A stretch of 64,000 nt of DNA from Octopus sinensis (lineage: Eukaryota): positions 38,192,001 through 38,256,000 of the forward strand of contig NC_043010.1 in NCBI RefSeq assembly GCF_006345805.1. The letters run 5' to 3'. The translations under genes were made by a program, and so were the position numbers. The notes under the pieces were generated by a model. That model made no database searches and was not told where the DNA came from. It saw only the letters and a list, made by a program, of their open reading frames with translations. Of the stretch, positions 36,060 to 49,560 are shown piece after piece. How positions within the stretch are numbered: the stretch's first letter is position 1; each line of letters starts with the position of its first letter.

Positions 36060-38552
36060 CACATGTCGTTTTCGTTGTCTTCTGATCTCCCTCTCAAATG
36101 TGGACTTCGCATTGACATAAGCAACCCTTGCTAAGCTTCATGCTGATTGTCCCTCTTCCTCTTTCACAGAATTTGTAAAGGGAGAAGAATTTCAGACTGT
36201 GGCATCTTCCTATCATTCGTTTGTGAAACAACATTCAGCCAAAGATCCAACGTTCGCTCTGTGATCAAGCTACATTGAGATGGTTGAAATCATCCTTTTA
36301 TTTATACGTGCTACACAACAAGGAGATTGGGAATTACACCTTTCTTCTACTCAGTTTCCTTCCCTTGCATACGACCGTACCAATTATGCCAGATATTTTA
36401 CAGTTTATAGGCATGAGATGAGTCAACTACCTGACAGTCATCCACAAATTCATGAGGTCTTCATGCAAGGAAAGTTTGCTTTCCATCGCCAGACCGACCA
36501 CGGATTCTGCGGAGTTGCTTGTGATCAGACAATAGAGCAAACATGCAAAAGAGACAAAAAGCAAAAGGTGGCATGATTGGATTCACAAGGAACAAAGGTG
36601 CAGTTGCCTCTTGGATTCTTTCCCAACATGAGCGAAGTGCTATCAGCAAACATTGTGAAGAGATGACAGGGAAAGATGACAGATCCACAGAAAAAAGGGG
36701 TCTTAATGTGGCCAACATGGAAAAATATGAAGAAGATATCAGTAGAGGCCATGATCAGTCTGTTCCAGGAAAATACCGAAGAACTCGTGCATATTGCATG
36801 AGGAGTATTAGCTTCCATAGATGTCTGTGATGACTATATTTCTGCGTACGCAAGTGGAGATGATGCTTTCAAGGCATTTTGCTAAGAACGTTTACAAGGA
36901 GATGGAGACTTGTTCAAGGTCCTCAAAAAGCAGGAAAGGAAGAAAATCTTCATAACAATGCGCAAAGCTTCAACAACCAAAGTAAAGGGCAAAGAAGTTA
37001 CAATAAAAGCTGATCGCAATCTGTTTCAACTTTTGGTTGTTATTGCCGGAGTAAGGAAACTTGATCTCCGAAACATGATTATGTATAAATCTTGGCCCTT
37101 TCCCAATTGCCCTTGTCACAGTTGATAGTTCATTGACCAAAAGCAACTCTTCTTCATTCTATTGAGTCCAGTGTTGAGCCTGCACCAGCTGTTAAAGGTA
37201 TTCCATTGGGTAGTGTGTGGATGGTAGATGCGATGTCAATGCTGCAGAGAAATTCCCCAAATGGTTGTGCCAGGTACATTCGGTGAACTTTCAGAATATG
37301 TAGTCAAACAGCTTATTCACCTTACGCACATTGCACACAGCGATACTGTTCACTTGTTCACTTTGAGAGAGACACCTACCGAACAGTGAGCATCAAGGCA
37401 GCAGAGCGAGGAAGACGAGCTGCAAGTGGAAGCCAACTCAGCAAGATCTATGGTCGAGAGCAAAAAGTGCCCAATCAATGGAAAAAATTTTTGTCATGCA
37501 GTCAAAACAAAGAAGCCCTAATTCGGTTCTTCATCAAGATGTGGCAGGAACACCCAACCTTGCTTCATGATGTCAAAGTTGTCATGGCTCATGATGAAGA
37601 ACGTCTTTTGCTGCAGAGTGTAGATAGCAGTCAAGATACAAGCTGTAAAGGAACTTGAATGCAACCATGAAGAAGCAGACACCAGGCTGTTCATGCATTG
37701 CCAATATGCTGCTGCATCTCTCCCTTCAGGTTTGAGCAGTACACCAGCAATCATTATAAAGAACCCAGACATCGATGTTTTCGTTATAGGCATAGCAAAG
37801 GCTCATCAAATTCAGGTCCAGCTGCTCTTTCACAATGGTAGAGGCAACAACAAGCGTACACTTGATCTAACAGCTATACGAAATCATCTCGGAGACTATG
37901 TTGCAGATGCTCTCATCGGCTTTCATTGTTTTACAGGCTGTGACTCAACAAGCTGTTTCTATGGCCAGTCTAAGAAGAAAGCCTTGAAGCTCATGACTGA
38001 ATCTATTGATTTTTTCAAGCAGCCTTTCAACAATTTAGTTCAACATTCTCTGTAGATGGTCTGATACACACAGTGGAGAAATTTGTTTGTAGACTGTATG
38101 ATCAAGATTGTTCGAGTATCAATACAGCTCGATATAACAAGTTCTTGATGGGCACTAAAGTAGAGATGTGCATGCCTTCCACACATGATGCCATGGTGAA
38201 ACACCTGATGAGGACAAACTACCAAGCAGGGGTATATACTAGATGTCTTGAACAGTTTCCCAGTATCCCCAGCCCACACAACCATAGATGGAAAGTAACA
38301 GATACCACTAAAGAGGTAGTGTGGGGTGATCTTCCACCTGCACCAAGTGCTCTCCTTGAGCTTACTTATTGCAGTTGCAAGATGAATAGCTGTGAGGAAC
38401 CCAAAGGTGAAGGAAAGGGTCGGTGCTCGTGTCGACGGCACAAGGTAACATGCACGGATCTGTGTAGATGCATTAATTGCCAAAATTTAGCTCAAGCAGG
38501 AAATGATGTGGAAGGTGATGAGGATGATACAGACAATGAGGAAGAAGACTAG
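36060..38552 (+). pseudogene. AcademX-like DNA transposon coding relic (Academ transposase C-terminal part, XPG/PIN-like domain, Cys-rich C-terminus), multiply frameshifted
   Basis: Motifs FIRATQQGDWELHLSS, AYDRTNYARY, DQTIEQT, ECNHEEADTRLFMH, NPDIDVF, GFHCFTGCDSTSCFYG and CSC...C...CSC...CTDLCRCINCQN across ORFs 36280-38552. Confidence 0.7.
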
Positions 38553-39284
38553 AGGTGTGAGATCTCACCTCAAATGAGAATGTTGACTTGGATTATCTGT
38601 AAATTTCAATTTTTATTTGTTTTCATATTCCTGCACCAAATTCATTACAAGCATGGTTTGTCACTTCTCCAATGAGATACAGAAGTGAATTCCCATATTT
38701 AAACCCACAATATTATTTTACAAACATTTTCATCCTGCATTAACTGAAAATGTATATGATGTTAGACACAGCTTTGAAATGATGCCAGATGTAGGTATCA
38801 AGTGCATTTATCATGCCGAACATGGACAATGCAACCTGGTCATATAACACACTGCTTTGGGACCTTTGAATTTATTTGATTCAATTTATGCAGTCATTAA
38901 TAAGCTACCAACTTAAAGTGTTGTTAATGAAGACAAACTGAAAATGGATATCAGTAACTATTTTATGTCGCATATGTCAAATGTCGAAGTTATTTATAGT
39001 AAAGCAAACTGGAATCAATATTACGTGTGTGGATACTTTTATCGTTTCTCAAAATTTTCTGTTTGGAATGAAGAGATGTGGAGTGAGAGAGAGAGAGAGA
39101 GGGGGGTGTCTGTGTGTTCATGTACGCGTATGTGTGTGTGTATGCATACATGCAAGAAATTGAGAGAGAGAGAGAGAGAGCGTAAGAGACAGAGGTACGG
39201 ACATGAGAGAAGAGGCTAAGGGCAGAAGAATAAAGAGTAAGACAGGTTTCTTTGGTTTTGTTAATATTACAAGTATTAGTAGGA

Positions 39285-39664
39285 GCACTCCGCCGGTTAC
39301 GACGACGAGGGTTCCAGTTGATCCGATCAACGGAACAGCCTGCTCGTGAAATTAACGTGTAAGTGGCTGAGCGCTCCACAGACACGTGTAGCCTTAATGT
39401 AGTTCTCGGGGATATTCAGCGTGACACAGAGAGTGACAAGACCGGCCCTTTGAAATACAGGTACAACAGAAACAGGAAGTAAGCGTGAGAGAAAGTTGTG
39501 GTGAAAGAGTACAGCAGGGATCACCACCATCCCCTGTCGGAGCCTCGTGGAGCTTTAGGTGTTTTCGCTCAATAAACACTCACAACGCCCGGTCTGGGAA
39601 TCGAAACCGCGATCCTACGACCGCAAGTCCGCTGCCCTAACTACTGGGCCATTGCGCCTCCACA
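39285..39664 (-). mobile_element. Chimeric SINE: family D head and body with a family C tail
   Basis: 39475-39664 matches the D 5' region; 39285-39470 matches the C 3' region (479-690, 45205-45380). Confidence 0.75.
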
Positions 39665-40277
39665 TTACAAGTATTATTGTTATTATTATCATCATCATCA
39701 TTATTATTATTTTTAAAGATTACTACATGTATTTCTTAACATTCGACATGCTTCAGAGGTGAGACAAAATTTACCCTTCATAACCCCCCCCCCTTCCCCA
39801 TTCCTATTTAATTTAAATGGTTTGCAAACGTGTCTCAGTAAGTGAAAATATTTCAAGTAAAAACCCAGAAAAAGACCCTCTAATAGTATGTAAATTTAAG
39901 TTCATAATCTTATTTATTCTGAAATCAGATTTGTTTCAACATTCTGTACATCACAATCTTTCATTCAGAACAAAAAAAAAGCAAATACAAACGCCATTGG
40001 CCTAGTTTCCAATTTTGAACTCAAGAGGGCGACAGACATAACTATGAAATATTAAACGTATGATAACTCAATAATGTGTACTTTTCACGCTTGACGGGTT
40101 TGTGTGGTTGTTATTCATATTTTTTTTTCTCTACTGTTGTGCAAAAGTTCATGTAATTACCACGTGGTGGTCACAAAAAACAAAAAACTAGAACAACTTT
40201 AGATGTCTGCATCCCGGCCTATTAGTAGTGTTATGATTTTGCCGGCTTCTGCCAGTAGTAGTATTAGTAGTGGTAGT

Positions 40278-40431
40278 GTGGAGGCGCAATGGCCAGTGGT
40301 TAGGGCAGCGGACTCGCGTCATAGGATCGCGGTTTCGATTCCCGGATTGGGCGTTGTGTGTGTTTATTGAGCGAAGTACCGGCAGGGTTTTGTGGTTAAC
40401 CCTGCTGTACTCTTTCACCACAACTTTCTCT

Positions 40432-40479
<48 letters not shown>

Positions 40480-40780
40480 CAGCAGCAACAACAGTAGTGG
40501 TAGTAGTAGTAGTAGTAGTAGTAGTAGCAGCAGCAACAACAGTAGTGGTAGTGGTATAGTAGTAGTAGCAACAGCAGTGGTAGTGGTGGTGGTGGTGATA
40601 GTAGTAGTAGCAGCAACAGCAGTGGTAGTGGTGGTGGTGGTAGTAGTAGTAGTAGTAGCAGCAACAGCAGTGGTAGTGGTGATGGTGGTAGTAGTAGTAG
40701 CAACAGCAGCAGCATCAGTAGTAGTGGTAGTAGTAGTAGTAGCAGCAGCAACAGTAGCAGTAGTAGTAGTAGTATTAGTA
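40278..40780 (+). repeat. SINE D 5' part (40278-40430) running into a compound (CAG/TAG/TGG)n tract
   Basis: Direct. Confidence 0.85.
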
Positions 40781-41414
40781 TAGTCCTTGATGTTTTTTCC
40801 TCCCCAGGTCAATACACTTATGAACAAATATACTCTAGCCGTGACTATGTTAATTTTTTTAACCCCCCCCCCAAACCCAAGTTTTCTTTTCCGGGGTACT
40901 TTTTTGAAAGGGAGATTTGACTGCTACTTCCAGCGGATCATTGGATCACAGGCGTTCCTTTATTGTGGTGATTCTCTCAAATTCTGGTCTTTTCGATGCA
41001 TATTAGTTGTTTTAGGGTTCTTCAAGCTTTTTAGATTTCCCTATTGACTGATTAGGAAAAAGATCGATTAGAATTGTATTGAAGATGGAAAGCGCTTGTT
41101 CCTGTGTTCCTGTCTCCTATATTTGTATTTTAGGGGTCTGAATTACGAGAAACTTCGTATAAAGACGTTTGCTTGGTCCCGGAGTATGACTTATGATATT
41201 CGAAGTCGTTACTGTGACATGGATTATGATCTGTCCGTTATTGTTGTTGTTGTTGATTAGGCTAATTAATGTAATTGCTGCTTGTTACCTTACAATTCAT
41301 GACAAAGCAGAATATTTTCATTGAAAACTAAAGTCAGTTTTGAAAGCTAACACAACAGAAATAAGACTCTGTATCAAACGTCTAAACAAAAATTGGCAAA
41401 ATAAAATAAACCAT

Positions 41415-42310
41415 GCCTTGCATCCTTTCGAGGTCAATAAAATAAATACCAGTTGAGTACTGGGGTCGATGTAATCGACGTACCCCCTGCCCCTGATTTC
41501 ATGTTTTGTACCTACAGTAGAAAGGAGTTTTGTTATCATTACTAAGGCGGCGAGCTGGCAGAAACGTTAGCACGCCGGGCGCAATGCGTAGCCGTATTTC
41601 GTCAGCCGTTACGTTCGAGTTCAAATTCCGCCGAGGTCGACTTTGCCTTTCATCCTTTCGGGGTCGATTAAATAAGTACCAATTACGCACTGGGGTCGAT
41701 ATAATCGACTTAATCCATTTGTCTGTCCTTGTTTGTCCTCTCTGTGTTTAGCCCTTTGTGGGTAGTAAAGAAATAGGTATTTCATCTGTCTTTGTGTTCT
41801 TAGTTCAAATTCTGCCGAGATCGACTTTGCCTTTCATCCTTTCGGGGTCGATAAATTAAGTACCAGTTGTGCACTGGGGTCAATGTAATGGACTTAATCG
41901 CTTTATCAGTCCTTGTTTGTCCCCTCTATGTTTAGCCACTTGTAAGCAATAAGAAACGTTAGAATGCCGGGCGAAATGCTTAGCCGTATTTTGTCTACTG
42001 TTCCGTTCTAAGTTCAAATTCCGCCGAGGTCGACTTTGCCTTTCATCCTTTCGGGTCGATAAATTAAGTACCAGTACTGGGGTCGATGAAATCGACTTAA
42101 TCCCTTTGTCTCTCCTTGTTTGTCCCCTCTATGTTTAGCCCCCTGTGGGCAATAAAGAAATAAGAATATTTAGCTCGTCGGACAAAATGCTTATCAGCAT
42201 TTTCTCCTGTTACTTACGTTCTGAGTTCAAATTCCGCCAAGGTCGACTTAGCCTTTCATCCTTTCTTGGTCGTCAGAATAAGGGCATGTTGAACACTGAG
42301 GTCGATGTAA
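41415..42310 (+). mobile_element. Stack of five SINE B/B' copies
   Basis: B tail 41415-41525; B' 41543-41775; junction AAAGAAATA|GGTATTTC at 41776; B' to about 41955; B' to 42162; degenerate B to 42310. Confidence 0.85.
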
Positions 42311-42334
42311 TCAATTTACCCTCATTTACTCTCT

Positions 42335-42530
42335 TTTTACTCTTTTATTTGTTTCAATCATTTGACTGCGACCATGCTGGAGCACCTCCTTTAGTTGAGC
42401 GATTTGACCCCAGGACTTACTCTTTGTAAGCCTAGTACTTATTCTATCCGTCTCCTTTGTCGAACTGCTAAGTTACGGGGATGTAAGCACACCAGCATCG
42501 GTTGTCAAGCGAACGTGGAGCGACAAACAC
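42335..42530 (-). mobile_element. SINE family A, 3' half
   Basis: TTGTTTCAATCATTTGACTGCGACCATGCTGGAGCACC...CATCGGTTGTCAAGCGA. Confidence 0.85.
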
Positions 42531-42667
42531 ACACACATACATACATATATACACATATATATATATATGTATGTATGTATTATGTATGTATGTATTATGT
42601 ATGTATGTATGTATGTATGTATGTATGTATGTATGTATGTTGTATGTATGTATGTGTGTGTGTGTGT

Positions 42668-42712
<45 letters not shown>

Positions 42713-43981
42713 TTAAAGGGCTAAAAAAACCGACGGGCTTCTTTCCTAAGATATCTTACCTTCTTTCCTATAATTGCTAGCCTTGTACCAAAACCTCAAA
42801 CCATAATTATACCAAAGCTGGAAACGGCGATCTGGCAAACTCGTTAGCGCGCTGGACAAAATATTAATCAGCTTTTCCTCCGGCTCTTTACGTTCAAAAC
42901 CCACCGAAGTCAGCTTTGCCTTTCATCCTTCCATATAACTTTATTTTACCATTCAAGTGCTGGGTCGATGTAATCGACTAATCCCCACTTTCTCTAAAAC
43001 AGTTAGCTTTGAGTCAAAGTCTAAAACAATTATATGAAGGTTGACTTCAGTCTTTGATGGAAGCGCTGCTTTGCCATTTAGCTGCAAGATGGCAGGCAGT
43101 TATTAGTGTAATGTTTACGGCCCAGTAAATCCGTTAATCCAAATAAACGCGTTAATTCAGGAAATAGATGAGATTTACTTAACCTATATTTCGATTTTGA
43201 CCAACTCTATTGATATTCGCTTTGTTTTCTCCACATAGTGTTTGGAAACTAACGTTTTCGATTTCCATTAACTTCGAAGCAAGTTCATTTAATGATTTGG
43301 GTCCAAGGGAACAATTTGCTACAAAAGACAACCAAATTACGAAAATCCGAAGGTTGCTTAACAACAACAAAAAAAGAAACAGAAAACAAAAATATCAGAA
43401 TGGGACACGATTTACCTATTTGAAGGTATTTACTTATTCGTTTCGGTAACTTAAGAAAACCACGTTAGATTTTTATTTCACATTCCCCACTATTGTTGGG
43501 CTCAATTTTAAATGATCGCCTTCATTCATTCTTATATGTCTTGGTCTTTTCAAGGTGCTAGGGCATGATTTGAGAGATTTAACTACTATTTCTAGCAAGT
43601 CAAGTGACCACATAGATAGTCTTTTGCTGGTTGGTTTATATGTGTGTATGAGCTTGAAAGAGCACTTTCACATTCATAAGCTTTCACCATCTTTCTCTTG
43701 CATGTTTACCTAAACTCCCGGACGCCGTCGGGACGATTTTTCGTCTACCTTCAGCACACCAATAAAATATTTTATCTCGGAAGAAAACCACAGTATCTTG
43801 TTTACCAACTGTATATACACTAAACATGATACATAGGTCATTATCTAAATTTAATACTGCTTCAGTTGCCTACACCGGATTATTTATTCCACTGGACGGC
43901 TATTCATAGTATCAGTGAATGCATTATTTCCTGCATCGGAGGCGATATACCTCGTCTTTGGATGTGGTTGGCTGCGAGTAC

Positions 43982-44024
43982 ACATCATTGACAAGGCCCA
44001 ACAAGGCCGAAAGGTTGCTGGTGT
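43982..44024 (+). ncRNA. Decayed type I hammerhead motif
   Basis: ACATCA-TTGACAA-GGCC-CAACAA-GGCC-GAAA-GGTTGC-TGGTGT; stems I and II intact, core has C3U and G8A, NUH triplet lost. Confidence 0.45.
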
Positions 44025-44389
44025 CCTTACTTGATGCACAACACATCTATAAGAGATTTTCTCTCGGACGAAAACCGCGGCAACTTACCTGTCAACGGTG
44101 TGTGTATTTTTGTGTTTGTTCTCTTCTCCCCGCTCGACAACTGGTGTTAGTTTGTTTACATTTCCGTAACTTAGTGATTCGGCAAAAAATGTGACCCATA
44201 AAATAAGTACCACACATAAAAAAAAGGACTGGGGTTGATTTGTTTGATTAAATCCTTTAAGGAAGTGCCCCGGCATGGCCGCAGTGCAATGACTGAAACA
44301 AGTAAAAGATAATATATATATATATATATATACAAAGATAGAGTAGACAGACAGATATAGGGTTCATTGACTCGAATCCATTTCGTGGC

Positions 44390-44800
44390 AACATAGGCAG
44401 GAATTAGCTCGGTGGTTAGAGCATCGGCTTCACAATCATGAGGTAGTGAGTTGTTCGAATCCCGGACTGGGCTGTGTGTTGTGTTCTTGAGCAAGACACT
44501 TTATTCCTAGTTGCTCAAGTTCACTCAACTGCAGAAATGAATTGTGACGTCACTGGTGCCAAGATGGGAAGCTGGTATCCATGGGCAACTGTTGGTCTTC
44601 CATAAACAACCTTGCCCAGACTTGTGCTTCGGAGGCTAACTTTCTAGGTACAATACCATGGTCATTCATGACCGAAGTGGGGTCTCTACCCTTTATTATA
44701 CTTATAAAATAGCTTTGGTTGACTTGTCTTGTGAGTAAATTTGGGGACATGGAAACTGTGCGGAAGCTCCCCACACAACTCGGATGGAACGCATCCGTCA
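44390..44800 (+). mobile_element. SINE with a C-like head and a different tail
   Basis: TAGCTCGGTGGTTAGAGC...GTTCGAATCCCGG...TGAGCAAGACACTTTATT. Confidence 0.65.
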
Positions 44801-45061
44801 TTCAGTAGTTGAGTTTAGTCACGTGGATGCCATCCAAGAATTCAGTTAAGAGCAAATTTGTCTGAGGAATACTCGACCACATTATTCTTTTACTTGTTTT
44901 AGGTTAATTCAATGGGATTCTTATTTCAGTTGATCAAGCAAAATGAAAACTCATGGTCGAAAACTCTGACTCCATTCACACTTGCGCACGCACACAGACA
45001 GACAGACAGATAGATAGAGACAGACAGACAAACAGACGTGTGTGTTTGTGATGTGTGTGTG

Positions 45062-45382
45062 TGTGAAGGCGCATGGCTTAGTGGTTAGGGCATTCCGCTC
45101 ACGATCGTAAGGTCGTGAGTTCAATTCCCGGCGACGCGTTGAGTCTTTGAGCAAGACACTTTATTTCACGTTGCTCCCGTCCACTCAGCTGGCAAAACTC
45201 AGTAGTACCTGTATTTCAAGGGGTCAGCCTTGTCACACTGTGTCACGCTGAATCTCCCTGAGAACTACGTTAAAGGGAAAAGTGTCTGTGGAGTCTTCAG
45301 CCACTCGCACGTTAATTTCACGAGCAAGCTGTTCCGTTGATCGTATCACCTGGGATCCTCGTCGTAACCGGCGGAGCGCCAC
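45062..45382 (+). mobile_element. SINE family C, full length
   Basis: GTGAAGGCGCATGGCTTAGTGGTTAGG...GAGTTCAATTCCC...GTCGTAACCGGCGGAGCGCC. Confidence 0.88.
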
Positions 45383-47326
45383 GATATATATATATATATA
45401 TATAATATATATATATATATCGAAGCACAGGTATGGCTCTGTTTTAAGAAGTTTGTGAGTGGATTTGATAGACAGAAGCTGAAAGAAGTCCGTCGTAGAT
45501 ATGTACATATGTGCCGTACCACGGCTTGATAACAAGTGTTGGTTTGTTAACGTTCACGTAACGTAGTGGTTCGGTAAAAGGAGACCGATAGACTAAGTAC
45601 CAGACTTCAAAATTTAAACACTGGAGTCGGAGTAGTTCGACTAAATCTTGTGCCCCAGCATGGCCGCAGTCCAATGACTGAAACGCGTAAAAGGTAAGAA
45701 CAAAGAAAAATGTGTGAGTATTTGAGCTGTAAAACATTGAGCGACAGGAACCACAAAGTGGTAAAGCAAATTTATATCATTAAAATTTTTATTTAAATAA
45801 ATTAAACGTTTAAAATAGCATGGGTAGCAGGGGAGAGAACTCTACACAAATTTCAGATTAAAAGTTAAATATATCGAACTACCAATGCACACTTCATTTT
45901 TGAAACAACGTGATCGAAAGATTAAAATAAGCCTCGCTTCAGAGAGAACATGAATTTGTTTAGTTTTGAGGATTAAATTAACATTTTATTTTGAGGGTGG
46001 GAACGCCAGCCTAAACAAACCATTATTTGTTTCGTTGCAATCTTAGACTTTCATTCTTCGACCCTGTCATATTCAAGGGAGATAACATTGTTTTCACTAT
46101 TTCCTCTGAAAATATCCAACCGGGGCGAGCGGACAGAACTTGATACTTATTCTCAACACATTCACATACATTTCTTTAATATAGTTCCTTCTGTTCATCA
46201 AGATGTAAGCCTCTTTCTCTCTTTACCCATATCCCATAATGAACATTCTGCTAGCTCTCCGATGCACTAATAATAATTTTTTACTAATTTTAAAAGAAAG
46301 CTACCAGTTTTGAAGGGAAGAGGGGGGGGCAAGTCAACTGCATCAACTTGACATCTACTTTATTTTATCAGACCCCCCCCAAAAAAAAAAGCAAAGTCAA
46401 ACTCAGTAGAATTTGAACTCAGAATGTAAAGAGCCTGAAACGATGCCTTTGTTTGATGTGCAAACAGTTCTACTAGCTCACAGAATAATTTAGCAAACAT
46501 ATGAATAAAAGGAAAATAAACAACAAATATACAGAAAAAACAAAGAATGATAACAATTTTATTTCAAAATGAAATATGTATAAGTGAAGGATTAAAATAT
46601 TGAACATCAGACCTTGTATGTATTGTACTACAGATGTTGTATTATATAAACTAGACTCTTGTATAACTAGACACTAAACTCAATATATAAGACCTATCTA
46701 GAAAACCTTTTACAAGTTACTATACAGTCACTTGATTTGTTAGAAATAACAGCCAAATCTTTCAAATCACACTATTACCTTAATTTTTTTTTAAATAAAA
46801 ATAAAAAGATATATTGGATAATGTAATCTAAGATGAATTATTTCCAAAAAGCTGGATGGTCCCTTTATTTTTTTATTATAGGCCTGCAAGGCTTGGTGGG
46901 TTAAATGAAAACAGCCCTTATTTTATTTTTTATTTTTTTTTTTTTAATCTTGCATGAAGCTTTAGTTGATAAACTTGATGTATTCCTAAATGAATGTTTG
47001 AGATTTATAGCCCAAGGATATGATCTTAGATGCATGGTCTATGGCACTTTGTAATGAAATAAATTGCACATGAAGTTTTAAAATAATTGAAAATCCGATG
47101 GATTTAGTAAAAATAAATAACTATTTTAATTATGAAGTTGACATTTGGAATATACCCTAACAAAAAAGTGTCTCACATAAAATTATGATGTGAAGTTCTG
47201 ATTTAAGTATGAGCTTTTACAAATGAGCAGTTGCATATCAGAACCAGAGGTAGTTTGGTCAAAAATGTGTTGGTATTGAAAGGATTAAATACAAAGAAAA
47301 GAAGGTTGACCAATACTGAGTATATA

Positions 47327-47558
47327 CACGTTGTTCTCAACCATTTTCTGCCAGTGGATCCCTTCCATTCCTATTTTACTCTAGTAAACCCCCATAGCCA
47401 TTTGAAATTTAGAAACAAATTCCATTATATTTTTTTATTTTAGGAAATTTTGTAAAAATAATTATTAAAATATTTTGAGTATTTTAGAAGTATAACCAAT
47501 GTATTGCACATAATTTTTAACAACGAAATCTTATATGGACCCTGGTTGAGAACCACAG
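47327..47558. mobile_element. hAT/Charlie-like MITE
   Basis: Termini GTTGTTCTCAACC / GGTTGAGAACCACAG resemble CAGTGGTTCTCAACC. Confidence 0.55.
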
Positions 47559-47791
47559 ATAAACACCTTCAGATTTCTCCAAGACTGTAAATATTAATGT
47601 AAATAATGTTCAGTTGATTGATATTAGCATACGAGTGGTGGTAGTGGTGGTGAAGAGGAAATAATGTCACAAGTGAGGATGAAGTTCCTGAGTAGTGTTA
47701 TCAAACCTCTTGTTAATCCAGCAACCCCTTTACTAACGAGTAGACTCACCCGACACAGCATCTTAAATTTCCTGTAATATCTAAACACAGA

Positions 47792-47854
47792 GGGTGGGGA
47801 GCTGGCAGAAACGTCAGCACACCGGGCAAAATGCGTAGCCGTATTTCGTCTGTC
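47792..47854 (+). mobile_element. SINE B head, cut off just after GTATTTCGTCTGTC by the LINE array
   Basis: GGGAGCTGGCAGAAACGTCAGCACACCGGGCAAAATGCGTAGCCGTATTTCGTCTGTC. Confidence 0.85.
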
Positions 47855-48087
47855 GCACATGTGTTCGTGAAGTAAGAATTGCTGTTTCGTGGTGTTAATA
47901 TTGTTAACAACTGTTGTTTCTTGTTAAACTGTTGAATAACTTAACTGTTGGAGTTTTCAATTGAAAACACTTAGTGCTTGTGGTAGCATGCGTTGTTCAT
48001 TCCCCCTTTGGGGAGAAGAATGTCGTCTAGCATGGAGCCTACCGTTGGAGCAGAAATACTTGTTTCTCCTGTGAGAGGAGGAAATAC

Positions 48088-49552
48088 ATGTCCGGCGAGG
48101 AGCCAACTACAGACAAGGAAATAGGGGTTTCCCCGCTACAAGAAGGAATAGCAGAGAGGATAATATATTTGATATTTTTGGAGATGTGTCTGAGAGCTCG
48201 TCAGAACTTTCACCAGAAGAGTTTCCGACTTTGCCAGAGAACAAAGGCATTGTGTCGAAGAGAATAATTGATGTGCCTAGCATCCAGATAGAACAAAAAA
48301 TGGAAAAAAAAGTTTTGCGTTGGCTGCTGGGGGTGGAACCCAGATACTGTCGACGAATAAAAGCGAAATTATGAAATACAGCAAAATGATGGAAATAACT
48401 GACAACGGTGTGAAAATTGAACCTCCGCAAAAGTTATTACAGGAAGAAAAGCAAAAAACAATAATTTTCAAAACATATTGTCTACAAAAAAGAAAAATTG
48501 AAAGAATGTCAGAAGAGAAAATAGAAAAGTGCTTAAAGCCAATATTGGGCGACGTAGTATTTCTGAGAAGAGGAAAAAAATTCGGAACGGTGGAAGTAAG
48601 GTTCACCAATAAAGAAATAGCACACAAGAACTCAGTTGAAACGTTGAAAACGAACGACGTGGAGTTAATCCCTATTATATGGGGATGAGGACGTCGCGAA
48701 TAAAAATTACAAGGGTCCCGCCAGAGGTCGAACCTATGTGGTTGTTGGCGGCAGTCCTAATCAAAGAGGTAGAAAAAAATTACTCTCCTCCAGGCTACCG
48801 CTACGGAAAACCCACGCTGGGATGGTCAAACAATTATCTTCTCATTCAAGCGGACCCTAAAATAATTCAAACAATTCCTGAGGCAATTGAGGTAGGGGAG
48901 GAGAACCTCGTGGTGTTTGTTGAGGGCCGAAAACCTCGATGTTTTTTATGTGGTCAATTAGGCCACATTCGAAGGAACTGCAAGGAAAATGAAGAAAAGA
49001 GAGAGAGGAGAGGAGAAAAAAGACAAAGAGGAAGAAGATAAAGAAGAAACAGATGAGAAAAAAACAACAAACAAAAGAAAAATACAACCAGCAACCCAGC
49101 CGAGAGCGGCGACTACTACAGAACAACGACCAAAAAAGACTGCCAGAGAGAAAAAAGAAGAAGAAAAGGCATAATAGCCGTATACACTAAAGATACTGAG
49201 CTCATGAGAGACATTCAACTCATAAAGACTGTAAAAAAAAATTGATAACCTTTCAGAGGAATTTATCAATTACGACATATATGAAGTCTCAAATAAGACT
49301 TATAGAATTCTACAAAATAAGTACAGAAAGACTGTATCTTCATTGAGATTAGATTTTAACAAGTCGATATTTCATGGATTACCAGCTCCGATCCCGCGAG
49401 AAAAGGAAAAGGTGGAGATTCCCCCTCCACCTGATAATTCTGTGTCGGTGGTGAGACGGGATTTTGACAAATCTATTTCCCAAGACCGTCCACCTCCGAC
49501 CCTGGATCAAAAAAAGGTGGAGGGTCCCCCTCCACCGGACAATCCTAATTAA
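48088..49552 (+). pseudogene. Tx1-type ORF1 (gag-like), frameshifted
   Basis: GKKFGTVEVRF (RRM-like), VEGRKPRCFLCGQLGHIRRNC (CX2CX4HX4C), Lys/Glu-rich then Pro-rich tail. Confidence 0.8.
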
Positions 49553-49560
49553 ACAGGTAA

